Assembly (NCBI GenBank): GCA_047602405.1
Contig: JASGHJ010000002.1
Span: 992,001 to 1,056,000, forward strand
Direction: 5' to 3'
DNA length: 64,000 nt
Source of the DNA: Anaeromyxobacteraceae bacterium
GTDB taxonomy: Bacteria > Myxococcota > Myxococcia > Myxococcales > Anaeromyxobacteraceae
Both the position numbers and the translations under genes were made by a program. The notes under the pieces were generated by a model. The model ran no database searches. It worked only from the letters and a program-made list of their open reading frames with translations, and was not told the origin of the DNA. Shown here one piece after another: positions 51,480 through 63,117 of this stretch; within the stretch, counting starts at the first letter, position 1; each line of letters starts with the position of its first letter.

Positions 51480-53000
51480 CTAGTGCCCGCCCGCCGCGGC
51501 GGGGGCGCCGAGGAGCGTCGCCTGCAGGCGGCTCTCCGAGTCGAGGAGGAAGCTCGCGGCGGTGACGACGTGGTCGCCCTCGGCGAGGCCGGAGAGGATC
51601 GCCACCCGGCCGCCGGCCTGCGGGCCGACCCGCACCCGCCGCGGCTCGAAGCGCCCCTTCCCGAGCGAGACGAAGACGTACTGGACGTCGCCGGTGTCGA
51701 CGACGGCCTCGCGCGGGAGCGCGAGGGCCTCGGTCGCCTCGGTCTCGATGGTCACGTCCCCGTACATGCCGGGCTTGAGCTCGAGCTCGCGGTTCGGGAG
51801 CACCACCCGCGCCTGGAGCGCGCGGGTGCCGGTGGAGACCGCCGGGTAGAGGAAGTCCACCTTCCCCTCGAAGGTGCGGCCCGGGTACGCCGCGAGCTGG
51901 AGCGTCGCGCGCTGCCCGGCGCGCACCCGGCCCAGGTCCGCCTCGTAGACGTCGACGAGCACCCAGACCTGCGAGAGATCGGCGATCTGGAAGAGCTCGG
52001 TGCCGGGCTGCACGTAGGCGCCCTGCACGACGCTGCGGCGGGCGACGTGCCCCCGCACCGGGGACCGGATGTTCACGGCGCGCTGGGGCTTGCCGGTCTT
52101 CTGCAGCTCCTGGAAGTCCTGCGGCGCGAACCCGGCGAGCTCGAGCCGCTGGCGCGCGTCGCGCTCGGGGCCGCTCGTCGCGCCGGTGAGCGCGTTCGGG
52201 AGCTCCTGCTTCGCGTTCGACTCGGTCCAGCGGATCGCGTTCAGGAAGACCTGCTGCGCGTTCACCATGTCCGGGCTGTAGAGGGCGGCGAGCACCTGGC
52301 CCGCCCCGACCGGCTGCCCGGTGGCGCGGGCGGGCAGGCTCTCGACCCAGCCCGCGAAGCGGGTGGTGACCGACGCGATCCGCCCCTCGTCGGCGGTGAC
52401 GAACCCGACGGTGTGGACGTGCGCGGCGAGCGGCTGGCGGGCCGCGGCGATGGTGCGCAGGCCCATGAGCTGGATGCGGTCGGCGGAGAGCTCCACCGCG
52501 GCGAGCCCCGGGATGGGCTCCGGCGCGGGCGCCGCGGCCTGCTCGCCGGCGGCGGGGCCGACCGGCACGAGCTTCATGCCGCAGTCCGGGCAGCGCGCCT
52601 TCGGATCGGCCGTCACGAAGGCGAGGTGCATCGGGCAGGTGAACTGCTTCTCCGCGGCGGCGGGCCGTCCCTCGTCTCCGGGCCGCTTCGCGGCCCCATG
52701 TCCGGGAGCGACGGGGTTCGAGGCGGCCGGCGTCGCCGCGCCCGCCTTCACGAGGTCCATGCCGCAGATCGGGCACTCGCCCGGGCGCGCCTGCACGACC
52801 GTCGGGTGCATCGGGCACTGGTAGGTGCGCGCCTCGGTGAGCGCGCCGCCCGACACGGCGTGGTAGGTCCAGGCGCCCGCGGCCGCGAGCGCGACGAGCG
52901 CCACGATGGCCCAGCGCACGACGCCGGCGGTGTGCACGCCCGGCGGCGGACGCTCCTCGCCCTCGGGCATCGCGTCGTGCGCCTGCCTGGTGTCGCTCAT
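51480..53000 (-). CDS. cusB: CusB-type periplasmic adaptor with two heavy-metal-binding domains
   Basis: YQCPMHP...CPICGMDL and FTCPMH...CPDCGMKL; LKPGMY; FLLDSES; start adjusted. Confidence 0.9.
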   Translation of the reverse strand: MSDTRQAHDAMPEGEERPPPGVHTAGVVRWAIVALVALAAAGAWTYHAVSGGALTEARTYQCPMHPTVVQARPGECPICGMDLVKAGAATPAASNPVAPGHGAAKRPGDEGRPAAAEKQFTCPMHLAFVTADPKARCPDCGMKLVPVGPAAGEQAAAPAPEPIPGLAAVELSADRIQLMGLRTIAAARQPLAAHVHTVGFVTADEGRIASVTTRFAGWVESLPARATGQPVGAGQVLAALYSPDMVNAQQVFLNAIRWTESNAKQELPNALTGATSGPERDARQRLELAGFAPQDFQELQKTGKPQRAVNIRSPVRGHVARRSVVQGAYVQPGTELFQIADLSQVWVLVDVYEADLGRVRAGQRATLQLAAYPGRTFEGKVDFLYPAVSTGTRALQARVVLPNRELELKPGMYGDVTIETEATEALALPREAVVDTGDVQYVFVSLGKGRFEPRRVRVGPQAGGRVAILSGLAEGDHVVTAASFLLDSESRLQATLLGAPAAAGGH

Positions 53001-53109
53001 CGCTCCCCCCTCGAGGACCGGACGTCCCGCCCCAGCGGCACGGCCGGCCCTTGCTGTCACCTCGGGCGGCGCCGCGCGGGTGTTCCCGGCGGCGCCGCGG
53101 CGCGGCCCG

Positions 53110-53439
53110 CTACTCGGCGACGATCTCGCCGGCGATCATGTCCATGCCACAGGCGAAGCGGATCTTGCCCGCCTTCTTCGGCGTGATCGTCACGGCCACG
53201 GTCTCGCCGAGCGGCAGCTTCTTGTTCACGTTGTAGTCCTTGATGACAATCTCGGTGGCGCAGGTGGCCTTCACCTTGCGCGTCACCGAGAGCGTCAGCG
53301 GCTCGCCGACCTTGGCCTTCACGGCGGCGGGGGCGAACCCGTCCTCGTTCACGACCATGTCGACCTTCTTGCCGGCGCCGGCGAAGGCGGGCAGGGCGAC
53401 GAGTGCGACGGCGAGTGCGGCGGTGCGGACGACGTTCAT
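53110..53439 (-). CDS. Exported cupredoxin-like protein (CupA-like)
   Basis: Signal peptide; TCATEI and FACGMDM copper-ligand motifs; start adjusted. Confidence 0.85.
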   Translation of the reverse strand: MNVVRTAALAVALVALPAFAGAGKKVDMVVNEDGFAPAAVKAKVGEPLTLSVTRKVKATCATEIVIKDYNVNKKLPLGETVAVTITPKKAGKIRFACGMDMIAGEIVAE

Positions 53440-53671
53440 CGGGAGTCCTCGCGGGTGCGGGTTGGGCGCCGCATTCTCGCCGCTGTGGAAGGCCGGGTAA
53501 ACCCCTCCGGGGTCCTGCGACAGGGTCGCGTGCCGTCCGGGGCGCGCGGCGCGCGCCCGCACGGCCGGCCCGTCCCCTGAACATGGTGCCGGTTCGCCTG
53601 CGGGCGGGGCCGGGGTGGGCTACGATGCCCCTCACCTCCCGCCGCCCGCTTCACCGAAAGGAACACGAGAG

Positions 53672-54388
53672 ATGGCCTCGATCGGCTTCTTCGCCCGCCT
53701 CGGCAACCTCTGGAAGGGCTTCCTCTCCCTCTGGGTCTCCGACGCGGAGAAGGCCCACCCGGAGATCGCCTACGAGAACGCGATCAACGCGATGGTCGAG
53801 AAGTACGCCGGCCTGAAGCGCGCCACCGCCGGCCTCATCCGCCGCCGCGAGGAGATCGAGGCGCGCTTCGCGACGCAGACGCGGGAGCTCGCGCAGGTGA
53901 CCGCCGACCTCGACACCGCCGTCGCGACCAGCCAGGACGACCTCGCGCTCGTGCTCATCCAGAAGAAGCAGCAGCTCGAGCAGGAAATCGCGACCCTGAA
54001 GGGCGAGCTCGAGATCTCGGTGAAGGAGGCCGACTCCGCGAAGGCCTCCATCCTCTCCGTCCAGGGCGAGATCAAGAAGCTCAAGGCCGAGAAGGACCAG
54101 ATGCTCGCCCGGCTCCGCTCGGCGGAGGCGAAGCTGCGCATCCAGCAGCAGCTCGAGGGGCTCTCGGTCGAGGCCGACGTGAAGGCCCTCGAGAACGTGC
54201 GCGAGCACGTGAAGAACGTGGTCGCCGAGGCGAACCTCAACCAGGAGCTCTCCGGCTCCGACCTCGACAACCGGCTCGCGGCGCTCCGCGCCCAGACCGG
54301 CGACGTGACGGCCCGCTCCGAGCTCGAGCGGCTCAAGGCCGCCCGCGCCGCCGCCCAGGCCAACCCGCAGCAGAAGAAGACGCTCTAG
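53672..54388 (+). CDS. pspA: PspA/IM30 (ESCRT-III superfamily) protein
   Basis: Amphipathic N-terminus [18 protein letters not shown], long coiled coil, DDLA...I.KK; AAGGA RBS. Confidence 0.82.
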   Translation: MASIGFFARLGNLWKGFLSLWVSDAEKAHPEIAYENAINAMVEKYAGLKRATAGLIRRREEIEARFATQTRELAQVTADLDTAVATSQDDLALVLIQKKQQLEQEIATLKGELEISVKEADSAKASILSVQGEIKKLKAEKDQMLARLRSAEAKLRIQQQLEGLSVEADVKALENVREHVKNVVAEANLNQELSGSDLDNRLAALRAQTGDVTARSELERLKAARAAAQANPQQKKTL

Positions 54389-56119
<1,731 letters not shown>

Positions 56120-56138
56120 GCTTGCAGGGCCCCGGGGG

Positions 56139-57098
56139 ATGACCTCCCCCCGCCTCGCAACCCTCGGGATCCTCGCGCTCCTCGCCTGCGCCCCCGCGCC
56201 GGGCCCGTCCGCGCCGCGGCCCGGAGGTCCGCCGCGCGTCCGGATCGCGACCTGGAACGTGCACGACCTCTTCGACGCCGAGGACCAGCGCTGGCCGCCC
56301 GGCGCCGCCGACGAGGTGCTCACGCCCGGGGAGGCCGAGGCGAAGCTCGCCGCGGTGGCCGAGGGCCTCCTCGCGCTCGACGCCGACGCGGTGCTCCTCG
56401 AGGAGGTCGAGAACGCCGGCGTCCTCGCCGCGCTCGCGGCGCGCGCCGGCTACCCGGAGGCCCGGCTCGTGGAGGGCAACGACCCGCGTGGCATCGACGT
56501 GGCGCTCCTCTCGCGCCTCCCGGTGCGGCGCTACGAGAGCCACCGGGACGCGCGCGGGCCGGACGGCAGCCTGCTCTGGTCGCGCGACGCGGTGGTGGCG
56601 GAGCTGGACGCCGGCGGCGCCGGGCCGCCGCTCGTCCTCGTGGGCTCCCACCTCGTCTCGCGCCTCTCCGACGACGGCACCCGGCGCGCGGCCCAGGCCG
56701 CCGGGCTCCGCGCGCTCGCCGACGCGGAGGCCGCGCGCGGCGCCGCCGTCCTCGCCGGCGGCGATCTCAACGACGGCGCCGGGGACCCGGGCCTCGCGCC
56801 GCTCCTCGGGGATGGCGCGTGGCGCTCCCTCGCGCCCGGCCCGCCGAGCTGGACCGACGGGGCGCGCAGCGCGCGCCTCGACCACTGGGCCGCGCCGGCG
56901 GACGGGCTCGGCGGCGTGGCGGCGGCGTGGGTGGAGGAGGGCGCGCCGTGGGCGAGCGCCTCGGACCACCGGCCGGTCGTCGTCGAGCTCGCCCTCCCTC
57001 AGGGCGCGGGCGGCGTGGTCGCCGCGAGCGCCGCCGCGTCGGCGAGCGCCCCGGCCACCCTGGCGCGCTCGGCGGGGGAGGGCGGGTCCCCGCCCTGA
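56139..57098 (+). CDS. EEP family nuclease/phosphatase lipoprotein
   Basis: Lipobox LLAC; ATWNVH, EEVEN, GNDPRGIDVA, GDLN, LDH, SDHRP. Confidence 0.85.
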   Translation: MTSPRLATLGILALLACAPAPGPSAPRPGGPPRVRIATWNVHDLFDAEDQRWPPGAADEVLTPGEAEAKLAAVAEGLLALDADAVLLEEVENAGVLAALAARAGYPEARLVEGNDPRGIDVALLSRLPVRRYESHRDARGPDGSLLWSRDAVVAELDAGGAGPPLVLVGSHLVSRLSDDGTRRAAQAAGLRALADAEAARGAAVLAGGDLNDGAGDPGLAPLLGDGAWRSLAPGPPSWTDGARSARLDHWAAPADGLGGVAAAWVEEGAPWASASDHRPVVVELALPQGAGGVVAASAAASASAPATLARSAGEGGSPP

Positions 57099-58327
57099 TC
57101 ACACAGGCACGCGGGGCGGGCGCACGCCGGCCACGCCGCGGCAGCGCCCGGTGAGGTGGGCGCCGCCCGGCGGAGGGCCTCGAGCCGGGCCTCCCAGGCG
57201 GCGGGTGCCGCGGGGTGCGCCCGCTGCACCTCGCAGAACACGAGCCCGCGCAGGGAGGGCACGAGCGACCGCGCGAGCGCGGAGCGCTCGTCGACGCGCT
57301 CGAGCTCCGCCTGGACCAGCGCGGGCACGAGGAGGAGCGCGAGGCCGTCGCGGCCCACCTCGCGGAGCGGGTCGGGGCCTCGCGCGAGCCCGGCGGCGTC
57401 GGCGCGCTCGAGCGCGGCCGGGAGGAGGCTCGCGGCGTACTCCACGTAGGCGTCGTCGCGCCGGGCGCGGAGCTGGCCGCGCAGGTACCGGGAGGCCTCG
57501 TGGTGGACCTCCTCCACGAGGAGGTCGAGCTCCCGCCCGCGGTCCGGCACGCGCCCGACGGTCCGGACGCGCAGCGTGAAGGGGCCGGGGTCGAAGCGGG
57601 TGAGGTTGGTCGCGAGCACGGCGGGGCGCCCGCCGATCTCGACCGCGAGGAGCTGCCCCAGGAACGTGCGCTTCTCGGCGACCCGGGCGACGGCCTCGGG
57701 GTGGTCGTCGCGCGAGAGCGCGCGCCGCACCACGCCCCGCGCGACCCAGGCGCCCTCGAGGGACCGGTCCGCGTCGGCGAGCTTCGCGGCGAGCTCGCGC
57801 GCCTTCTCGCGCAGGGGGTCGTAGGTCACGTGCGCGCCGCGCGCGGTGAGGAGCTTCACGATCTCCCGCCGGCCGAAGCGCGCCGCCTCGTCGCCGGGCG
57901 TGGTGCCGCTGCAGGGCTGCTCGGGCTCGGCGCCGCGGTCGAGGAGCAGGGTCGCGAGCTCCACGTTCCCGCGCACGGCCGCGGCGAAGAGCGGCGAGAG
58001 CGCGCCGGGCGCGGGCGAGCCCGTGCAGCCGCGCAGCGACGCGCCCGCCTCGAGGAGCGCCACCGCCACCTCGCGGGAGCCCCCGTCCACCGCCGCGACG
58101 AGCGGCGTGCGGCCGAGGTTGTCGGGCGCCTCGACGTCGGCGCCGGCGCGGAGGAAGCGCCGGACGGTGGGGAGGTCTCCCCGCTGGGCGGCCTCGACGA
58201 GCGCCGCCGCCGTGAACGGCACGCCCGCCCGGAGGAGCTCCTCCCGCGGGTCGGGCGCGCGCCCGCGGCACGCGACGAGCGCGAGCGCGGCGGCGAACGG
58301 GGCGAGCGAGCGCGGGCGGGGCCGCAT
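56999..58327 (-). CDS. Ankyrin repeat lipoprotein
   Basis: Lipobox LVAC; GRTPL..A..GG...V...LLEAGA and SPLFAAA..GN....LLLDRGA repeats. Confidence 0.8.
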   Translation of the reverse strand: MRPRPRSLAPFAAALALVACRGRAPDPREELLRAGVPFTAAALVEAAQRGDLPTVRRFLRAGADVEAPDNLGRTPLVAAVDGGSREVAVALLEAGASLRGCTGSPAPGALSPLFAAAVRGNVELATLLLDRGAEPEQPCSGTTPGDEAARFGRREIVKLLTARGAHVTYDPLREKARELAAKLADADRSLEGAWVARGVVRRALSRDDHPEAVARVAEKRTFLGQLLAVEIGGRPAVLATNLTRFDPGPFTLRVRTVGRVPDRGRELDLLVEEVHHEASRYLRGQLRARRDDAYVEYAASLLPAALERADAAGLARGPDPLREVGRDGLALLLVPALVQAELERVDERSALARSLVPSLRGLVFCEVQRAHPAAPAAWEARLEALRRAAPTSPGAAAAWPACARPACLCDQGGDPPSPAERARVAGALADAAALAATTPPAP

Positions 58328-58343
58328 CCCGCGACGATATCAG

Positions 58344-58416
58344 TGGGCCGCCAGGGATTCGAACCCTGAACAACACCGCTTAAAAGGCGGGTACGCTGCC
58401 ATTGCGTCAGCGGCCC
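58344..58416 (-). tRNA. tRNA-Lys (TTT)
   Basis: GGGCCGC acceptor stem, CCGC-CTTTTAA-GCGG anticodon arm, CAGGG-TTCGAAT-CCCTG T arm. Confidence 0.9.
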
Positions 58417-58471
58417 TCGGCGAGGAGAGGTAGCGCCGAGGGCCTGCCCCGCGCAAGGTACAATGTTCGAG

Positions 58472-59251
58472 ATGTCAGGCCCGGCCGGCGCAGGTGGTGA
58501 AGGCGAGCTCCGCTTCGAGACCCCGGAGCGCGTCGCGCTGTCGCTCGAGGTCGCGGGCCTGGGAGACCGGGCCTTCGCCTGGCTCGTGGACCTGCTCTGC
58601 ATCTTCCTCGGCTGGATCCTGGCGCTCCTCCTCTACTCCATCTCCGGCGACCTCCTCCGCGAGTGGCAGGGCCTCTCCGCCGTCGGGCAGGTCCTCGCCG
58701 TCGCCGCGGTCTTCCTCTCGGGCTGGGGCTGGGACGTCGCGTGGGAGACGTTCGGCGGGGGCCGCACGCCGGGGAAGCGCGCGCTGGGGCTCAGGGTCGT
58801 GCGGAGCGACGGCGCGCCGGTCGGGCTCGCGGAGTCGCTCGCGCGGAACGTGCTCCGGGCGCTCGAGCTGCCGTTCGGCTACGCGCCGGGCGTGCTCATG
58901 GTGGCGCTCGGGCAGCGCCGGCAGCGGCTCGGCGACCTCGTGGCGGGCACGCTCGTCGTCCGCGATCGCCGGTACGACCTCTCCCGCTACGGCGCCGAGC
59001 CCTCCGGGGATCCGCGCTGGGCCGTGCTCCGCACCCGCGCCCCGGTCGCGCTCGACGCCGCGGGGTACGAGCAGCTCGTCGACTTCCTCGCCCGGCGGCA
59101 CGCGCTCGAGCCGGACGCCCGGGCCCGCATCGCGGCGCTCGCGGCGGACGGCCTCGCGGCGCGGGCCGGCGTCCCGGCGCCCGGCCCGGCCGACCGCGAG
59201 CCCTTCCTCGAGGCGTTCGCCGCCGCGCATGCGGGGGCGGGCGCGCCGTGA
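58472..59251 (+). CDS. RDD family membrane protein
   Basis: FETPE...AGLGDRAFAWLVD, GRTPGK..LGLRVV, QRLGDLVAGT; start adjusted to ATG at 58472. Confidence 0.88.
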   Translation: MSGPAGAGGEGELRFETPERVALSLEVAGLGDRAFAWLVDLLCIFLGWILALLLYSISGDLLREWQGLSAVGQVLAVAAVFLSGWGWDVAWETFGGGRTPGKRALGLRVVRSDGAPVGLAESLARNVLRALELPFGYAPGVLMVALGQRRQRLGDLVAGTLVVRDRRYDLSRYGAEPSGDPRWAVLRTRAPVALDAAGYEQLVDFLARRHALEPDARARIAALAADGLAARAGVPAPGPADREPFLEAFAAAHAGAGAP

Positions 59252-60240
59252 GCCGCCCGCGCACCGTCGGCGCCTTCGTGCGGGCGCGGCGGGCGGCGTG
59301 GGACCGGCTCGACGCCCTCGCGGCGCGCGCCGCGAAGGGGCGGCTGCCGCTCGCCGAGGTGGAGGAGCTCGATCGCCTCTACCGGCGCGCCGCCGGCGAC
59401 CTCGCCTTCGCCCGGGTGGCGTTCCCCGGCTCGGACGCGGAGGGCCACCTCGCCCAGGTGACGGCGCGCGCGTACGGCACGCTCTACCGCCCGGAGCGGG
59501 CGGGCCTCGCGTCCGCCTGGCGGCTCTACGCCGTCGAGGCGCCCGCCGCCTTCCGGCGGAACCTCCGCGCGTTCGGGCTCGCCGCCGCGCTGCTCGCGGC
59601 CGGCCTCGCGGGCGGCGCGCTCGCGGTCCTCGCCGATCCCGGCGCCGCCGAGGTGCTCGTGCCGCGGGGCGTGCGCGACGCCGTGGCGGCGGGCCGGCTC
59701 TGGACGGACGACCTCCTCACCGCGGCGCCCGGCTTCACGGGCTCGGTCATCGCCCGCAACAACGTGGCGGTCGCCGCGCTCGCGTTCGGGCTCGGGCTCA
59801 CCGCGGGCGTCGGCACCGCGCTCCTCGTGGTCGCGAACGGGCTCGTCCTCGGCGCGGTCTTCGCGCACCTCGCCCGCCACGGCATGGTGGGCGGGCTCGC
59901 CGGCTTCGTGGCGGCGCACGGCCCGGCGGAGCTCTCGGCGCTGCTCCTCGCCGCGCAGGCGGGGTTCGTGCTCGCCTCGGCGCTCGTCGATCCCGGCGAG
60001 TCGCCCCGGGGGCTCGCGCTCGCGGCGCGGGGGCGGGAGGCGGTGCGGCTCGTCGCGGTGGTGATCCCGGTGCTCCTGCTCGTCGGGCTCGTCGAGGGCG
60101 GGGTGTCGCCCGGCGCGCGGTTCCCGGCGGCGGCGAAGGCGGCGCTCGGCCTCGCCCTCGCGGGCGGGCTGTTTGTCTACCTCTCGCTCGCGGGGGAACG
60201 GCGGGGGCACGCTACGCGCGGCGCCGGCGGGACGGCCTGA
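59248..60240 (+). CDS. SpoIIM (DUF95) family membrane protein
   Basis: LYRRAAGDLA, IARNN..VA...F..G, NG..LG, HGPAEL, GLVEG; start adjusted. Confidence 0.85.
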   Translation: MSRPRTVGAFVRARRAAWDRLDALAARAAKGRLPLAEVEELDRLYRRAAGDLAFARVAFPGSDAEGHLAQVTARAYGTLYRPERAGLASAWRLYAVEAPAAFRRNLRAFGLAAALLAAGLAGGALAVLADPGAAEVLVPRGVRDAVAAGRLWTDDLLTAAPGFTGSVIARNNVAVAALAFGLGLTAGVGTALLVVANGLVLGAVFAHLARHGMVGGLAGFVAAHGPAELSALLLAAQAGFVLASALVDPGESPRGLALAARGREAVRLVAVVIPVLLLVGLVEGGVSPGARFPAAAKAALGLALAGGLFVYLSLAGERRGHATRGAGGTA

Positions 60241-60604
60241 CCAGCACGACGTCGCGGGGGTCGGCCTCCGGCACGTCCGCGAGGCGCTCCGCGCGCGGCG
60301 TGGGTCGCCGCGGCGCGTTCCGGGCCTCGTCGGCCTCGAGCTTCGCGAACCACCGCGTGGCCTGCGACTTCACCCGCGCCCAGCGCGCGTCCTCCGCCGT
60401 CGCCATCGGCACGGCCTTCGGGGACGCCGGCCGCACGGGCGCGTCGAGGATGCGGGCGCCGGCGCGCCGCCGGAAGACCTCGCCGTAGAGCGAGGAGTGC
60501 GTGCGGGCGCAGAACGGGCACTGCCAGTAACGGATCGGGCTGCCGGGCGCGGACCAGCTCGTCATGACGACGTGGCAGTGGGTGCACTCGACGGCGGCTT
60601 CCAT
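60212..60604 (-). CDS. Small zinc-ribbon protein
   Basis: VECTHC...YWQCPFC CxxC pairs; start adjusted. Confidence 0.7.
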   Translation of the reverse strand: MEAAVECTHCHVVMTSWSAPGSPIRYWQCPFCARTHSSLYGEVFRRRAGARILDAPVRPASPKAVPMATAEDARWARVKSQATRWFAKLEADEARNAPRRPTPRAERLADVPEADPRDVVLVRPSRRRRA

Positions 60605-60703
60605 CGAAGATCGAGATATCACCCGATCCGATCGGGTCAAGAATTCCGCTCTGATCTCGTCCACATGACGCAGAATGAGGGGTGGGGGTGGGGGAGGGTC
60701 CCG

Positions 60704-61621
60704 ATGGCCGCCGCGGTGAACCTGGATGGTGTCGTCGTCCCGCCGGCCGCGGCGCGGGTCTCGGTCTTCGACCGGGGCTTCCTGTACGCCGACTCGGTCT
60801 ACGAGGTCGTCCGCACCTACGGCGGGCGGCCGTTCGAGCTGCCCGCGCACCTCGGGCGGCTCGCCCGCTCCGCCGCCCGCGCCGCGCTGCCGCTCCGCTG
60901 GGACGCGGCGCGCACCACGGCCGAGGTCGCGCGGACGCTCGAGGCGGCCCGCGGCGGCGACGCCCCGGATCCCGCCGCCGCGCCGTGGAACGTGGGCGAG
61001 CGCTCCGTGCGGATCGTCATGACCCGCGGCTCCGGCGAGCTCGGCCTCGACCCGTCGCTCGCGGCCCACCCGCTCGCGGTGATCATCGCGCAGCCGCTCG
61101 CGGCGCCGCCCGCGCGCGCGTACCGGGAGGGCGTGAAGGCGCTCCTCGTGGGCGACCCGCGGCCGTCGACCGCCGATCCCGCGGCGAAGACCGGGGCCCA
61201 CCTTCCCCACGTGCTCGCCGTGGCCGAGGCGCGCGCGGCCGGCGCCCACGAGGCGCTGCTCGTCGGCCCCGACGGCGGCGTCACCGAGGGGGCCTCGTCC
61301 AACCTCTTCGTCGTCTCCGGCGGGCGCCTCGTCACGCCGCCCGTCGCGGCCGGGATCCTGGAGGGGGTCACGCGGGGCGTCGTCCTCGCCCTCGCGCGCG
61401 CGGAGGGGGTGCCCGTCGAGGAGCGCCGCCTCGCGCCGGACGCGCTCGAGCGTGCGGACGAGGTCTTCATCACCTCGACGGCCCGCGAGATCCTGCCCGT
61501 GACGCGCCTCGGCGAGCGCGCCGTCGGGGCGGGGTGTCCCGGACCGGTCACCTTCGCGCTCCACCGCGCCTTCCGGCGGCTCGCAGGAGGACCCGAGGGC
61601 GTCGGCGCGGCGTACCTGTAG
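60704..61621 (+). CDS. Class IV aminotransferase (D-amino acid / branched-chain / PabC family)
   Basis: VFDRGFLYADSVYE, H..RL, AKT, TEGASSNLF, ILEGVTR, DEVFITST; start adjusted. Confidence 0.9.
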   Translation: MAAAVNLDGVVVPPAAARVSVFDRGFLYADSVYEVVRTYGGRPFELPAHLGRLARSAARAALPLRWDAARTTAEVARTLEAARGGDAPDPAAAPWNVGERSVRIVMTRGSGELGLDPSLAAHPLAVIIAQPLAAPPARAYREGVKALLVGDPRPSTADPAAKTGAHLPHVLAVAEARAAGAHEALLVGPDGGVTEGASSNLFVVSGGRLVTPPVAAGILEGVTRGVVLALARAEGVPVEERRLAPDALERADEVFITSTAREILPVTRLGERAVGAGCPGPVTFALHRAFRRLAGGPEGVGAAYL

Positions 61622-61704
61622 GCGGTCGAGCGCCGAGGTGAGACGCCGCGCGGACCCTCGGTTCGCCTCGCCCGCCGGCTCGCCTCCTTGCTAGACTGCC
61701 GGGC

Positions 61705-62460
61705 GTGAAGCGTCTCGCCGTCGCGGCCTTGCTCGGGACCCTCGCGGTCGCGCTCGCCGCCGACATGGTCGAGACGGCCATCGCCGCGCTGCGGAGCGAT
61801 CCCTCGCTGAAGGTCCGCACCCAGGCCGCGCTCATCCTCGGCTCGCGCAAGGCCACCCAGGCCGTCCCCGCGCTGTCCGAGGCGGTCGAGCGCGACGACT
61901 CCGCGGCCGTCCGCATCGCCGCCGCGAGCGCGCTCGGCAAGATCAAGGACCCCGGCGGCCGCGGCGCCCTCGAGCACGCCCGCGACAAGGACCCCGACGC
62001 CTCCGTCCGGACCGCCGCCGCGAAGGCCCTCGAGGCGCTCGCGCCCGCGCCGGTGCCGGCCCCCCCGCCGACCGCGCCCGGCGCGACGGCGTTCTCGATC
62101 GAGGAGCCCGTCGGCGCCGCCGGCGGGCCGTCCGAGCGCCGCGCGCTGCGCGAGGCGCTCACGAAGTACCTGACCGACCGGGGCTACGCCGTCGTCCCCC
62201 AGGGCGGCATGACGCTCAAGCCCTCCGTCGTCGCGCTCGACGTGAAGCAGCAGGAGGGGAAGACGGTCATCTCGGTGCGCGCAGGGCTGCTCGCCGTCGA
62301 GGGGAGCGGCCGCATGGCGGCCATGCTCGACGCCGGCGCGAAGCTCTCGGCCACCGGCAAGGTCCCGGACGGGAAGCTCGCCGCCTACTCCGCGAAGGCG
62401 CTCGACGCCGCCGCGCGCACGCTCTGCGACGATCTCGCGTCCAGGCTCTCGGAACGGTAG
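61705..62460 (+). CDS. Exported HEAT-repeat protein
   Basis: Signal peptide; three D....VR..AA..L repeats. Confidence 0.8.
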   Translation: MKRLAVAALLGTLAVALAADMVETAIAALRSDPSLKVRTQAALILGSRKATQAVPALSEAVERDDSAAVRIAAASALGKIKDPGGRGALEHARDKDPDASVRTAAAKALEALAPAPVPAPPPTAPGATAFSIEEPVGAAGGPSERRALREALTKYLTDRGYAVVPQGGMTLKPSVVALDVKQQEGKTVISVRAGLLAVEGSGRMAAMLDAGAKLSATGKVPDGKLAAYSAKALDAAARTLCDDLASRLSER

Positions 62461-62472
62461 AAAGGACTGCGC

Positions 62473-63117
62473 ATGTCCACCGCCCCCGCCCCCGCCGGCC
62501 CCTTGCCCGAGCCCGTGGCGGTCGTGCCTCCGCCGCCCGCGAAGACCGGCGCCTCGAACCGCAGGCTCCGCAACTACCTCCTCGACACGGGCCTGCAGCT
62601 GAGGCTCGCGAGCTACCTCATCGGCGTCGCGGTGCTGCTCTCGGTGTTCCTGGGGTTCAAGCTCTACGAGGCGTGGCGCGAGACGAGCAAGGTCATCGCC
62701 CTCTCGGATCCCGAGACCGGCGACTCGCTCGCCGCCGCGCTCGCCGCCGAGGATCGCGGCCGCATCGTGCTCGTCTCCGCGGCGCTCGTCTTCATCCTCC
62801 TCCTGCTGCTCGCGTCCGCCATCGTCATCACCCACCGCATCGCCGGGCCCGCCTTCGCGCTCGGCCGGACCTGCCACCGGGTCGCGGAGGGGAACCTGAC
62901 CCGCCCCTGGCCGCTCCGCCGCGGCGACCTCCTCGTGGACCTCGCGGGCGAGGTGTCGCACATGGTCGACGCCCTCCGGGATCGAGAGACCGCCGAGCGC
63001 GAGTTCCTCGAGGAGCACGCGGCCCGCCTGCGCGGCCTCGGCGGCGAGGCCGCCTCGGTCGCCGGGAAGCTCGAGGCGCTCGCGAAGGAGAAGGCCGGCC
63101 GGCTCGGGAAGTCGTGA
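62473..63117 (+). CDS. Two-TM HAMP-domain membrane protein
   Basis: RRLRNYLLD..LQL, ITHRIAGP.....GNL....LRRGD.L.DLA; AAGGA RBS. Confidence 0.78.
   Translation: MSTAPAPAGPLPEPVAVVPPPPAKTGASNRRLRNYLLDTGLQLRLASYLIGVAVLLSVFLGFKLYEAWRETSKVIALSDPETGDSLAAALAAEDRGRIVLVSAALVFILLLLLASAIVITHRIAGPAFALGRTCHRVAEGNLTRPWPLRRGDLLVDLAGEVSHMVDALRDRETAEREFLEEHAARLRGLGGEAASVAGKLEALAKEKAGRLGKS

Noticed and set aside
58472..60240. RDD-SpoIIM pair as a novel system
   Set aside because: A common gene pairing; its usual MoxR/DUF58 partners may simply be elsewhere in the genome.
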